Shown here: positions 28,699-38,797 of the stretch, one piece after another
How the letters are laid out: each line of letters begins with the position of its first letter
How positions within the stretch are numbered: the first letter of the stretch is position 1
Assembly (NCBI GenBank): GCA_032128875.1
Contig: JAVLKG010000002.1
Location: 96,001-160,000 of the forward strand
Direction: 5' to 3'
Source: Candidatus Melainabacteria bacterium 17Bon1m
GTDB lineage: Bacteria; Cyanobacteriota; Vampirovibrionia; Obscuribacterales; Obscuribacteraceae
DNA length: 64,000 nucleotides
Notes under the pieces: generated by a model
What the model saw: the letters and a program-made list of their open reading frames with translations, nothing else
The model's database searches: none
Told to the model about the DNA's origin: nothing
Translations under genes and position numbers: made by a program

Positions 28699-29334
28699 TT
28701 AGGTGTTCAATGCTTGATTTACAATGCGCATTGTCATTGCCGAATATTCTGCATCTTTTTCAGTCATTTGCATCAAGTTTCGCTCGAGTAACTTTCTGTG
28801 AAACCCAGTTTTGCTAGCAATTCTTTCAAGAAGATCGTTGACTTTTGCAATGTGCTCAATCTTGCGAAGAATTACTTCCATTCGCGCTTTACTGTCAAGC
28901 TCCAGTTGCCTTATCGAAACTTCAGCTCGCGCCTCTCCCGTCTTCCAAGAAACAATGGGACCTAAATGTTTAACCAAATCTTCTACGTCGTCATTATATG
29001 GATCTAGAAATGGCATATTCGGATCGTCATAGTCATTTTTTCGTCTGTTGCATTCAGTGCACGCGATTGTGAGGTTAGACCATTCGAAATGTAGTAAATG
29101 ACTGGCTGTTGTTGCAATCTTGTGCTCCACATCTCCAGGAGTGTTGTGACCAATCTTACTTTCACAGTAAATACACTTGAAGCCGGTTTCGACCTTTAAT
29201 TGTTGTTTGATTTCAGGGTTACGGTATCTATATTTTTTTGTTCTGTTTGTCGGCTCCGCGATAAATTCCGCGGTCCAAACTGTTGCGTTGAGATCGAGGA
29301 TCGTTGGAATAGCTAATTTATTAAGATTGCGCAT
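28699..29334 (-). CDS. HNH endonuclease (Septu PtuB-like)
   Basis: KCIYCES..DVEHK..EWSNLTIACTECNRRK; ATG at 29334 overlaps the end of the ATPase gene. Confidence 0.85.
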   Translation of the reverse strand: MRNLNKLAIPTILDLNATVWTAEFIAEPTNRTKKYRYRNPEIKQQLKVETGFKCIYCESKIGHNTPGDVEHKIATTASHLLHFEWSNLTIACTECNRRKNDYDDPNMPFLDPYNDDVEDLVKHLGPIVSWKTGEARAEVSIRQLELDSKARMEVILRKIEHIAKVNDLLERIASKTGFHRKLLERNLMQMTEKDAEYSAMTMRIVNQALNT

Positions 29335-30556
29335 CGTCTTTCTCCCACGACATTTCTGGAACACGATCTGCTAATCCCATTTCCCTCAACTCTTTCATTA
29401 CTTCTGTGGCTTTCTCTTCTGGAGAAACGTTTTGATTCTGTGCAATAACTCGTTTAATCCTATCTTCTACCCAAATTGGCAGGTTAGATGGGACGTCGAG
29501 AATGTTCCGCAAAATGCTGTCTGGTGTTCCAGAGAGATCAGCAAGATTTAGCCTTTGCGATTCAACGTTATTTTCCTTTGAGAAAAACATGCCATACACA
29601 GACGCGTCAGCAAATGATGACACGATGAAAGGACTGTGTGTGGCTACTATAAAACGATAGCCGGGAAAAGCTTTGGCTAGCGAAGGCAAAAGAGAGCGCT
29701 GCATGCTTGGATGTAAATGGTTCTCAGGCTCGTCTATTGTTACGGTGCATTTCTCTAGTGTTGAACCGTACATATGAATTTGCCATGCCATTCCGAAAAG
29801 TGCGTTTATTCCGCTGGACATGGAATCGAGAGTAAAGTCCCCGGATTTTGTTACTAGCACAACCTCAGGCATTCTTACTTCCAGTTTCTCGAACCCGAGC
29901 TCTTCTGGAAGCATTACACGAAGGATAGATTGAAATTCTTCAAACGTCTTTCTGTACTCGGGATTTGGCTGTACGACTTGATTTCCATAACCGAACATTG
30001 CAAGCGATATTATTGACTTCTTTTGTTCACTTCCCGGATTTCTACCGCTTCCTGAGGGGCCGTAAGTTTGAATCAAGAGACTTCGAAAGCTTTGATAGAT
30101 TAATTGAGCCGAGGCCGGGTTTGTTGGTATTTCAGTTATTCGATTGTAGACTGCGGGAGGATTGTGCGATGGGATATGCAGTCCCTTCACTTCCTTTTGA
30201 TTTTGAAAGGAAAGATTATATTCTGCCTGAACTAATGTCTGAGTTTTCACACTGCAAATTGAAGCGTCATCGTATTCAATAGTTCCAACTTCGCGCTCTT
30301 CTGAACTTTCAGCTGAAACAGTCCCGTTTTTTGCTTTTAAGATATCCGACCAAATTTGTTCAGTTTTCTTTGTTCCCCAGTAAGGGGTTGAAACAAAGTT
30401 CAAACTCCACCCAAAATGCCGACTCAAAATATTCAGGACTGTGGTTTTTCCACTACCATTTTGGCCTGTAAGGATTGTCACTTGCTTTGATAGGTCTAGG
30501 TCAATCTCAGCGAATTGGCGCCAATTACGCAAATGGATTCGATTGAAATGCAGCAT
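29321..30556 (-). CDS. ABC/AAA ATPase (Septu PtuA-like)
   Basis: GQNGSGKT, MSSG signature, VTIDEPENHLHP, IVATHSPFI. Confidence 0.88.
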   Translation of the reverse strand: MLHFNRIHLRNWRQFAEIDLDLSKQVTILTGQNGSGKTTVLNILSRHFGWSLNFVSTPYWGTKKTEQIWSDILKAKNGTVSAESSEEREVGTIEYDDASICSVKTQTLVQAEYNLSFQNQKEVKGLHIPSHNPPAVYNRITEIPTNPASAQLIYQSFRSLLIQTYGPSGSGRNPGSEQKKSIISLAMFGYGNQVVQPNPEYRKTFEEFQSILRVMLPEELGFEKLEVRMPEVVLVTKSGDFTLDSMSSGINALFGMAWQIHMYGSTLEKCTVTIDEPENHLHPSMQRSLLPSLAKAFPGYRFIVATHSPFIVSSFADASVYGMFFSKENNVESQRLNLADLSGTPDSILRNILDVPSNLPIWVEDRIKRVIAQNQNVSPEEKATEVMKELREMGLADRVPEMSWEKDDAQS

Positions 30557-30857
30557 GGTTTCAAAAACTCTTGACGAGATTGCGTGAGTAGTCGATTTTT
30601 TATGACGCTAAAACAGGTCAGCTCAAGGCTTCAATTGTCGGCGTGTTGTCAGGGCTAGGCTAGCTTTTACTCTCTGAGTTAGTCCAAGGTTACATTAAAA
30701 CTAACCGTTTGTATACTATCGTATGATTCTATGGCTTGAAAGGTTTGCGGCATAGCAAGTATGTTCGACTTTTCGGCGCTATAGTCCGTTGATGACGATT
30801 TTTAAGGCACAGTGCAATTTATCTTGGTTTCAGTCACTTAGAAAGCGCGAAATCGTC

Positions 30858-31340
30858 TCAACTTTTTCCTGTCTTGGTTTTCTTCGGAAGATGAATGGCG
30901 GTAGGTGCTCTTTTGGCTTCATCTGATTCTTCAGCAGATGGTTGAACACTTTTGAAAACAAATTGTTTGCTACCAAATGTTGCCGACTTCCAACCACCCA
31001 TAGGACCAAAGATTTCTGCTTTTACTTCCCCGTATTTTGATATCGCTTCAGCACGACTTAGCTCATGCATAATTAAAAACCATTTTGGATACAAGCATTG
31101 TAATTGACCATGGACTTTTAAAGCTTCCCAACGCTCCTCACCTAGCTTTTCTAGGATTTCAAATCCCCAGGCAACTGGTTCTCCACAGTATCCGTCAAAC
31201 ACACAAGCCTTGAAATCAGATAAGACAGATTCGTATCCGACCGGTTTTTCCATTTCGTTTGCTCTCCCCAAAAAACAAGTTTGACTACTGTTTAGCTTCG
31301 TCGAGTTTGTTTTGATACCGCCGTCATCTACAATTCCCAA
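30858..31340 (-). CDS. Hypothetical protein (start probably 31253, MEKPVG)
   Basis: Protein-like composition; no recognised motif. Confidence 0.5.
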   Translation of the reverse strand: MGIVDDGGIKTNSTKLNSSQTCFLGRANEMEKPVGYESVLSDFKACVFDGYCGEPVAWGFEILEKLGEERWEALKVHGQLQCLYPKWFLIMHELSRAEAISKYGEVKAEIFGPMGGWKSATFGSKQFVFKSVQPSAEESDEAKRAPTAIHLPKKTKTGKS

Positions 31341-31779
31341 CTGCTATCTTTCTTATCTGCCCGCGCCGTAGCCCATTGACTCGTGATCATCTTCAATTGC
31401 TAATTCCCCTCTCTCGGAAAACGAGAAACTGCCAAATATACTTCAACTTCAGCACAGGTAACATTCGTCTTGTAGGCTATACAAGTGCATTTTGTGATGG
31501 CAGAGAATTTTAGTTGCGGCGCTCAACGTTTATGGATGTGTAGTTTCAAAACAGTTCTCCCTACGAGGACGCCATTGAAGCGAACGACCAAACGCCATGC
31601 AATGAGAAAGACTACGAAAGAGCGCGTGGATATTTACTCTCATCGTTTTAGGCTAGGGTATCGCAAATTGGCGGCAAGATTTAATCAAATCCCGCATAAG
31701 TAACTGTAGAAAGTTCAGTTACCCGGGGAACAGTATTAGCTGGTGTCCCAGTTTTACAATTGCTCTGTGGGGGCCCATT

Positions 31780-32016
31780 GTGCGCCAGGTCTCACGATCT
31801 TTTGCCGCGATGCTTCTCATCGCGTTATGTAGCTTTTCTCCTGCCTTTGCAAGCAAATGCTATGGGTTAGATCCTTGCGAAGCTTGCAGAAACTGTCACG
31901 CCTGCAAGCATTGCTTTGAGTTGGGCGGGAAATGTGGCGTCTGCAAACGCGCTAAGTTCTCTACGAATCTTAGACTTTTAGTTTCTTCTCGAAAGCAACG
32001 CCTTACGAAGAAGTGA
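31780..32016 (+). CDS. Small exported Cys-rich protein
   Basis: Signal peptide AFA; CYGLDPCEACRNCHACKHCFELGGKCGVC (8 Cys). Confidence 0.7.
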   Translation: MRQVSRSFAAMLLIALCSFSPAFASKCYGLDPCEACRNCHACKHCFELGGKCGVCKRAKFSTNLRLLVSSRKQRLTKK

Positions 32017-32063
32017 ATCTTGCTTCTTTTGGGGACGTGACGCTTTTTTGAAAGTGTATTTAA

Positions 32064-33485
32064 TTGGATTCTTGGAGTTCTTACGTGGCCGAACTAATTA
32101 TTTGTTTTCTGATTATCGTTGTACTCGCGGTATTGCTGTTTAAGATTCAAGGACAACTGAGTGAGTACCGCGATAGGTTTTCTGGAATAATCGACGTCGA
32201 AGAAGAAGCGGCAAGCGTGAGGAAACAACGCCAGGCGGAAAACGATTCACTGTTGCAAGAGATTGAGAGAACTAGAAGTTCGCTTACAAAAATTGGTAAG
32301 CAATACACTGATGCCCGAGGCCTTTACGATCGACTGAAGAGAGAAGTCGATCTACTAGAGGAGAATCTAGAGAACATTTCCTTCGGTGTTTATAGACCTC
32401 ACTATTCATTCGAAGATCCAGATCGTTTCAAGGCAGAACTTGAGAAGGTCTATGAGAAGCGTAAGAGGCTGATCAAAGACGAACGAGCCGTAAATTGTCC
32501 GAATAATTGGACAGTTAATGGAAGTCTAAAAGAAGGCCGAAAGATGATTAAGCAGGAGAGCAAGCTCATGCTTAGAGCCTTTAATGGTGAAGTAGACGCT
32601 GCTGTCGCAAAGGTCACTTGGAACAATGTAACTCGAATGGAGGAACGCATCAAAAAAGTATTTGATACTGTAAACGCACTCGGCTCTGTTTCTGGAATTA
32701 GTATCACTAAGGCTTATTTAGACTTAGCTCTAAATGAACTCCATCTATCTTATGAGTACGAGCAGAAGAAGCAGGACGTTAAGGAAGAACAGCGGCGCAT
32801 TCGTGAGCAGATGCGAGAGGAAGAAATTGCACAGCGAGAATTTGAACGAGCGAAGAAAGCTGCAGAGGCAGAGGAAGCTCGCTGGCAAAAGGCGTTAAGT
32901 GAGGCCCAGGCTCAACTTGAAAAAGCAAAAGCGAGTGAGATGGAAGCTATTCAGTCAAAGATTGCCAACTTAGAGGACCGTTTGCATGATGCTCAGACAA
33001 AGCTTGAACGCGCTGTATCAATGGCGCAGTTGACGAAGAGTGGACACGTTTATGTGATTTCGAATATTGGATCTTTTGGAGAAGGAAGGTACAAAATTGG
33101 TTTAACTAGAAGGCTTGATCCAACGGAACGCGTGGACGAGTTAGGAAGTGCTTCTGTACCGTTCCCCTACGATATTCATGCAATGATTTTTTCGACAGAT
33201 GCTCCTGCCTTAGAGGCAGCTTTTCATCGGCAGTTCAGTGATAAGCGCATGAACAAAGTCAATCTCAGAAAGGAATTTTTTGAAGTCACCTTGGAAGAAC
33301 TAGAGGAATTCGCTAGAAAGCATGACGCAGAGATTGAGTTCACAAAATTAGCAGAAGCTCGTGAGTTTCGTCAAACACTTGCTGCAATTGCTGCAACCGC
33401 TAATTTTGTTGTCCACCAAGTATCTGCACCAGAAGATACAGACCAATCATTTCCAGACTCCATTCCAGAATATGAACCTGCTTAG
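32064..33485 (+). CDS. TM-DUF4041-GIY-YIG (T5orf172/MUG113) nuclease, PD-lambda-1/SNIPE-like
   Basis: N-terminal TM; KLMLRAFNGEVDAAV (DUF4041); coiled coil; GHVYVISNIGSFG..YKIGLTRRLDP..RKEFF. Confidence 0.88.
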   Translation: MDSWSSYVAELIICFLIIVVLAVLLFKIQGQLSEYRDRFSGIIDVEEEAASVRKQRQAENDSLLQEIERTRSSLTKIGKQYTDARGLYDRLKREVDLLEENLENISFGVYRPHYSFEDPDRFKAELEKVYEKRKRLIKDERAVNCPNNWTVNGSLKEGRKMIKQESKLMLRAFNGEVDAAVAKVTWNNVTRMEERIKKVFDTVNALGSVSGISITKAYLDLALNELHLSYEYEQKKQDVKEEQRRIREQMREEEIAQREFERAKKAAEAEEARWQKALSEAQAQLEKAKASEMEAIQSKIANLEDRLHDAQTKLERAVSMAQLTKSGHVYVISNIGSFGEGRYKIGLTRRLDPTERVDELGSASVPFPYDIHAMIFSTDAPALEAAFHRQFSDKRMNKVNLRKEFFEVTLEELEEFARKHDAEIEFTKLAEAREFRQTLAAIAATANFVVHQVSAPEDTDQSFPDSIPEYEPA

Positions 33486-34317
33486 GAGAAAAGAGCCTTT
33501 GCGTGGCGTCCCATTAGATTCATCGGCGTATGTTGTAGTTGCTGCTTCTATTGCGGCAGTTTTTTCAAATGTATTGATTCCAGCTTATGGTGAGCAAGTT
33601 CTCCAAGGCAATCTAGAACATCGAGAAAACATTTCCCCATTACTACCGAATCAGAAACCTGGAGAGCCTTTGAATGATCCGTTTACCTTTCCGTTCAAAT
33701 CTGCGGAGTGGTTCCAAATTCCGCAATGGGCCTCGGGTGAATGGAAGCAAACTGGCTCTTTAGTGGTTGTGGAAGAACAAGGTACTTCCAGAAGTACAGT
33801 TCAGCGAAATCAGAACGATGTTCAAGTCGTATGTTTAGGTCAAATTCTCGATAAGGAAGGACATATTTGGCACTATGGGCAACGTCAGATGGAGAAAGCT
33901 TTGTCAGCGGAGAATCAGGCTGTTGAAATTACCAGCACCTACACTGCCGAAGTGGCTTCGAATAGTAATGACTCTCTGAAGCTGAAAGTGAGAACGGTAA
34001 AATACTTGGCTAACAGAGTTGAGGTGAAAGCGATCATCAATGAAGTTAAGAGAAGTGAAGCAACATACACGCTTCGACCGTTAGACGGTGTACTCGATAC
34101 TTTGGTGGCAGAAATTCAAACTAGAGACTTTGGTGACGATGGACAGCAGATTCGCTATGTTGAATCTTTGGCGTTTTGGCGCAAGTGCAGGCCTTTTCAC
34201 AGCCAGTCACGCATTGGAAAGAAGGACCTTTTGCCTCTACTGACTGAATTTCTACGAGCAACCGGTCAGCGCTCACTGGTTCCGCCGCCGCCTAAAGATG
34301 CAGGAGTACCGAATTGA
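33361..34317 (+). CDS. Putative exported hypothetical protein (true start likely ~33500)
   Basis: Hydrophobic AYVVVAASIAAVF..PAYG signal-like segment; beta-rich body; 4-bp overlap with next gene. Confidence 0.65.
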   Translation: MSFVKHLLQLLQPLILLSTKYLHQKIQTNHFQTPFQNMNLLRRKEPLRGVPLDSSAYVVVAASIAAVFSNVLIPAYGEQVLQGNLEHRENISPLLPNQKPGEPLNDPFTFPFKSAEWFQIPQWASGEWKQTGSLVVVEEQGTSRSTVQRNQNDVQVVCLGQILDKEGHIWHYGQRQMEKALSAENQAVEITSTYTAEVASNSNDSLKLKVRTVKYLANRVEVKAIINEVKRSEATYTLRPLDGVLDTLVAEIQTRDFGDDGQQIRYVESLAFWRKCRPFHSQSRIGKKDLLPLLTEFLRATGQRSLVPPPPKDAGVPN

Positions 34318-35156
34318 TTCGCTGGCATCCAATACCTGCAATTCTTCTTTCTATTTTTTGTTCCATCGGCGTGAGAGCTAATGAAACCTTGGCTGATGCT
34401 TACTTGCGTCAAGCGAATTCAATGGTTGAGAAGGGACAGTTAGATCGTGCGGAAGAATTGCTAAATCGAGCTTTCCGTGAATCTGTTGATGTTAATGATT
34501 CTAGCCGCCTAAAGAGAGCAGCAATCTTGAACAATTTGGGAGATGTTCAGCGAAGGATTGCTGCAGTTTACGGAGAATCCTTTCGCCGCGCTGAGGAACA
34601 GTCTGATGAGAATGCCAAGGAAAGTTACGCAGCTTACCGTATCCAATTTTTAAATGCGGCTGCGCAAAATCTGGAAGGAAGTATTTCAATAAAAGAGTCA
34701 ATACTCGGACCCGATAATCTTGGCTCTTTGAGAACATTGGAAAATCTGGCTGCAACATACGAAGAGGCGAAAGATGCTACTCGAGCGGAGTCCATCTATC
34801 GCAAAGTACTTCAAATTCGAGATACTAAATTGGGAGCTGCTCATGCTGATAGTGCGAATGCCCTATTTCAGCTCGGTCAGCTATGCTCGAAAGGGGGAAA
34901 TCACGCTGAAGCAGAGCAACTATTCAAACGTGCCAGTAGTATATGGGGCAAGCAGTTTGGCGTTAGCAGCATTCCAGTTGCGAAGTGTCTTCGTGAACTC
35001 GGCGAGTGTCGATATCAGCAGAATGATCTACCAAATGCGAAAACGCTCGCATACAGAGCGAAAGCTATCTTTGTGCAGAAGGCTGGCAGTGACAATGTCG
35101 AGGTGCGAGCTTGCGATAGTTTAATCGAAAACATCAACGGGCAGCAAAGACAATGA
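34314..35156 (+). CDS. Exported TPR protein (kinesin-light-chain-like repeats)
   Basis: LGPDNLGSLRTLENLA, LGAAHADSANALFQLG. Confidence 0.8.
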   Translation: MIRWHPIPAILLSIFCSIGVRANETLADAYLRQANSMVEKGQLDRAEELLNRAFRESVDVNDSSRLKRAAILNNLGDVQRRIAAVYGESFRRAEEQSDENAKESYAAYRIQFLNAAAQNLEGSISIKESILGPDNLGSLRTLENLAATYEEAKDATRAESIYRKVLQIRDTKLGAAHADSANALFQLGQLCSKGGNHAEAEQLFKRASSIWGKQFGVSSIPVAKCLRELGECRYQQNDLPNAKTLAYRAKAIFVQKAGSDNVEVRACDSLIENINGQQRQ

Positions 35157-36256
35157 TATCGAAATACACGAATGCAATTCGATACAGTGCCGTTGCTATT
35201 GCACTAATAACGCTCTTCCCACCTTGGAATGCTTTCGATAGAGGACACTTGGTCGAGACCGTTGGATACTCGTTTCTCTTTACACCACCGGAGACATCTG
35301 CCGGTGTCGCGCAGATTAATATCACCACTCTGGTAGTTGAATGTTTTGTTGCTCTTGCAATTATCTGGGGGCTCGCATTAGGAACCAAGAATTCGCATGG
35401 TTCCAACAATTTACTTGCTTCCAATGGTTCCGAAGTACAAAGTCGCACAGTCGAGTCTGCAGATGTTAGTACTTCTGATATGTCCAAATCTTCTATTGCT
35501 TCAACTGCACCCAACGCTTTCGCATATTCCTATCTTGTAGAAAAGAACACCTCTCCATCGAGGACTTACCACAAAGTTTTCGAACCAAGTTTTCTTAAGC
35601 AAGTGGTTGAAGATCGTCGCTATTTTTCAATACTTGTATTAGGTCTTGTTGTAATTGCGGCTTTAATTGTTGGACGAAGAATTTTTCAACCGACTCCGGA
35701 ACTAAAGCCCGTAGCAGGCGCTCCAGTTGCAGAAGCTGTAGTTTCGGAGGTCAAGCCGCTCACGGAAAGCCCTCCAATTCAAAGGCCGCCTCAAGTCAGC
35801 CCTGAGACGCTTGATGCGACGAAAAAGAGGCTTGCCGAGATGCTTGCTAAGCATCTCAAAGAAGTTGCTCAACAGGAGCAGATTCAAAAACAAATTGAGA
35901 TTCGTCGAGCGCGACAATTTCAGCCGAAAACTTGGAGATTGTTAAAAACACCCATTTCCGGCGTAAGTGCTCATCTGCAAACGACGCTCGACGCGCACGA
36001 GGGAGTTTACTACAAATTTTGGCTTACCGGAAATCCGGAATTGATTGAAATGGCGAAAGGCTATTACTCCGGCTATTCGGTGCAACTGCTCAATCGCCAA
36101 GGCTATAAGGTTGCTGCATTCAGTGCCTATCAGTCAGATCTTACGTCTTTCCAGAAAGGAAATTCAATGAGTCTCTTAGCAAAAGGGAATATCCCTCTAC
36201 TAGAAGAAGAGTATTCAAAAATTACACAGTGGTCGATGGTTCCATTAGGACAGTGA
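35153..36256 (+). CDS. Membrane-anchored hypothetical protein
   Basis: LFPPW..GYSFLFTPP N-terminal motif, three TM segments; ATGA coupling with upstream gene. Confidence 0.7.
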   Translation: MISKYTNAIRYSAVAIALITLFPPWNAFDRGHLVETVGYSFLFTPPETSAGVAQINITTLVVECFVALAIIWGLALGTKNSHGSNNLLASNGSEVQSRTVESADVSTSDMSKSSIASTAPNAFAYSYLVEKNTSPSRTYHKVFEPSFLKQVVEDRRYFSILVLGLVVIAALIVGRRIFQPTPELKPVAGAPVAEAVVSEVKPLTESPPIQRPPQVSPETLDATKKRLAEMLAKHLKEVAQQEQIQKQIEIRRARQFQPKTWRLLKTPISGVSAHLQTTLDAHEGVYYKFWLTGNPELIEMAKGYYSGYSVQLLNRQGYKVAAFSAYQSDLTSFQKGNSMSLLAKGNIPLLEEEYSKITQWSMVPLGQ

Positions 36257-36366
36257 GTTTGATGTCTTCCGCTCAAAAAATAAACGAGAGGAGCGTGCTT
36301 TCAGTAATAGTTCCGTGCAAGATTGTTTCTGAATGCACCGAACTCATAGTGCGCAGATAGAGGAGC

Positions 36367-37041
36367 TTGAGAGAGATTTTTTACAACGAGAAAAGCCTAG
36401 ATTCATTAGATTTCGAAGCATCATTGCTAACTGCAAATTATGCGGAACGCCTAATGAGACTTATGAAAGTAGATGCAAAACTCACCAACAATTCGGCTCG
36501 AGAGTATTTGCAGCATGGAGCTATGCGCAGGCTGAAAGTTATTAACCGATGTAGTCGGCGAGTCTTTACGGTCTATCCACACCGTCGTGAGACTGCGCTT
36601 TCCGATGACGAACTTGAAGAACTCTGTATCGTATTGCATGCCTTTTATGGCAATGTGTATGGTTTGACCGATAATTTAGCGTGGGTCCTGAATTTCGAGC
36701 GCGATTTTCAGTTGGATAGAAAGCACATAGGCCTTTATTACAAGCGGTTCAAAAGCCTCTTAAATCCTGAGTTCCAAAATTATCTAGATACGCGAACAGA
36801 CTGGTTTCATGACCATCTGAAAGAGTTCAGAGATTCAATAAGTCATCGAATCCCGCTATATATACCGCCTTATGGAATAACAGAGAATAACGAGATAATT
36901 CAACCGTTTCCAGTCTATAGTGGAAGTATTATCGATGGAAAAACGATGATGCTGCATGGGCAGGTTCTGGCAGACGTTATTACCATTAATGAATTAGTGG
37001 ATAAGTTCTGTGAGTATGAATTTGACGTATTTAGCGTTTAG
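36367..37041 (+). CDS. HEPN-domain protein (Cthe_2314-like)
   Basis: HAFYGNVYGLTDNLAW helix and RDSISH (RxxxxH) motif. Confidence 0.7.
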   Translation: MREIFYNEKSLDSLDFEASLLTANYAERLMRLMKVDAKLTNNSAREYLQHGAMRRLKVINRCSRRVFTVYPHRRETALSDDELEELCIVLHAFYGNVYGLTDNLAWVLNFERDFQLDRKHIGLYYKRFKSLLNPEFQNYLDTRTDWFHDHLKEFRDSISHRIPLYIPPYGITENNEIIQPFPVYSGSIIDGKTMMLHGQVLADVITINELVDKFCEYEFDVFSV

Positions 37042-37073
37042 GAGAAATCCAAGTACGCATGATTGACCTGCAC

Positions 37074-38312
37074 TGACCTGCCCCCTACAAACTGATCCAT
37101 TCTAAAATATAGAAGTTCGGCAAAACGAGACTAAACTAGAAAGGAGTTTTGCCGTGAAAAGATCGCGATTCACTAATGCCCAAATTTCGAATGCCTTGAA
37201 ACAACACGAGGTTGGAATTCCAATTGCTGAGATCTGTCGCAAGAAGGGAGTTTCCGAGGGAACGTTCTACAGCTGGAAAAAAAAAGTATGCAGGTCTCGC
37301 GCCCTCAGAGCTGCAAAAACTTAGAATCCTGGAAGAAGAAAACAAGAAACTTAAACAGCTTGTCGCAGAGCTGACTTTGGACAAATCAAAGCTCCAGGGC
37401 GTTCTGACAAAAAAGCTCTAACGCCCTCCCGCTGCCGCCAACTTGCAGGTGAACTTTCTGCCGAATACGGCGTCAGCGAGCGCAGGGCGTGTCGAGTAAT
37501 AGTATTCGCAAGAAGCACAAACAGATACAAGAGTGTAAAGGACGATCAATTAGCTTTGCGTATCAAGATCAAAGACATCGCGGCGTCGAGAATCAGATAT
37601 GGGTATCGACGTATTCACGTGCTGCTGCTGCGGGAGGGGTGGGTGATCAATCATAAGAGGCTCTTCCGCCTTTACCAGATGGAAGAGCTTTCACTACGAT
37701 TCAAGAGACCAAAGCGGCACGTAAGTGCCGCTCACAGGGAGCCTAAACAGCCCGGTTGGTAATCTTAATGAAGTCTGGGAAATGGACTTCGTTTCGCATG
37801 AACTTTTCAACTGAAGAAAAATCAGAGTTCTGCCAATAATTGATCTGCGCAGTCGTGAGTGCCTTGCTCTGACAGTTGCATTTTGACTGAGCGGCGCAGA
37901 TGTTGTGACGACGCTTGATTGAATCGTGACAGAGAGAGGAAAGCCTAAAGCGATCAGGTGCGACAACGGTCCAGAATTCATATCCAAAGCACTAGATAAA
38001 TGGGCCTACGAAAGCGGAGTAGTTGTTGACTTTTCTCGACGCGGAAAACCCACCGATAATGCGTTTGTTGAATCCTTCAACGGCAGGTTGCGTGAAGAAT
38101 GCTTGAACACACATTGGTTTGATTCAATTGAAGATGCGCGAAACAAATTGTCTGCTTGGAGAGAGGAGTATAATTGCAGAAGACCGCATTCTTCGCTGGA
38201 CTTTCAAACACCCCATGAATTCGCACATGCCATGCGGATTTCCGAAAACGAACCGAAACCCAAAATGCCGAACTCTACAGTTTAACTTGGAACACAAAAC
38301 GGGGGCGGGTCA
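37074..38312 (+). mobile_element. IS3-family insertion sequence (IS407-like), 1239 bp, inactivated
   Basis: IRL TGACCTGCCCCC..TCCA..AAA.TATAGAAGTTCGG matches the reverse complement of the right end TGACCCGCCCCC..TTCCA..AAACTGTAGAGTTCGG; no clear target duplication. Confidence 0.92.
37154..38285 (+). pseudogene. IS3 transposase orfA/orfB, disrupted
   Basis: orfA MKRSRFT..WKKK with an extra A in the A-run; A6G slippery site; orfB YGYRRI, W.MDF, CDNGPEF, NAFVESFNGRLREE; extra frameshift ~37755 and in-frame TGA at 37812, 37884, 37920. Confidence 0.9.
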
Positions 38313-38353
38313 AACAAGCAAGATTTGTCTGCTTGACGTGGAACAACTAAATA

Positions 38354-38788
38354 GTGCAGGTCAGTCACAAGCTCGAAACCTTACGAGTCTTGGAAAGGCA
38401 AGAAGAGATACTGGCGATGATAGCGGCGAAAGCAGAATCGGAAAACTACAACTATTCTCTTATTTTTCGAGAGTTTAATGAGGCTGCATTACTTTATGCG
38501 ATGGTCGGAGAATTCGAGAAAGCTTCTGCTCTTGTTGATTTGAATTACGATCATCTTCACAAATTTGTTGAAAAAAACGTCTTTGTAAAAAGCAGATCAG
38601 ACGCAGAAGACGATGAAGCGAGAAAGTTGTACTCCGAGTTGCCTGAGGATTTAACGTTTTCGCCACAGGAAATGAAGGAGAAGATTCTCTTTTACAAAGA
38701 GAAGCATGATGAACTAGAACTTGAATGTAGTAGCTTGCTCAGCTTTACTGAGGAACCTATAAAACGATTTCTTGAGAAAAAGCACTAG
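38354..38788 (+). CDS. Hypothetical helical protein
   Basis: 144 aa ORF just after IS IRR; 9 bp from next gene. Confidence 0.6.
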   Translation: MQVSHKLETLRVLERQEEILAMIAAKAESENYNYSLIFREFNEAALLYAMVGEFEKASALVDLNYDHLHKFVEKNVFVKSRSDAEDDEARKLYSELPEDLTFSPQEMKEKILFYKEKHDELELECSSLLSFTEEPIKRFLEKKH

Positions 38789-38797
38789 GAGATCAAA

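Noticed and set aside
30557-30857. Retron ncRNA upstream of the PtuA-like gene
   Set aside because: No reverse transcriptase in the window and no convincing a1/a2 inverted repeats
37812-37922. TGA recoding (alternative genetic code) in IS orfB
   Set aside because: Host genes use TGA as stop, the expected residues differ between sites, and frameshifts also disrupt the gene
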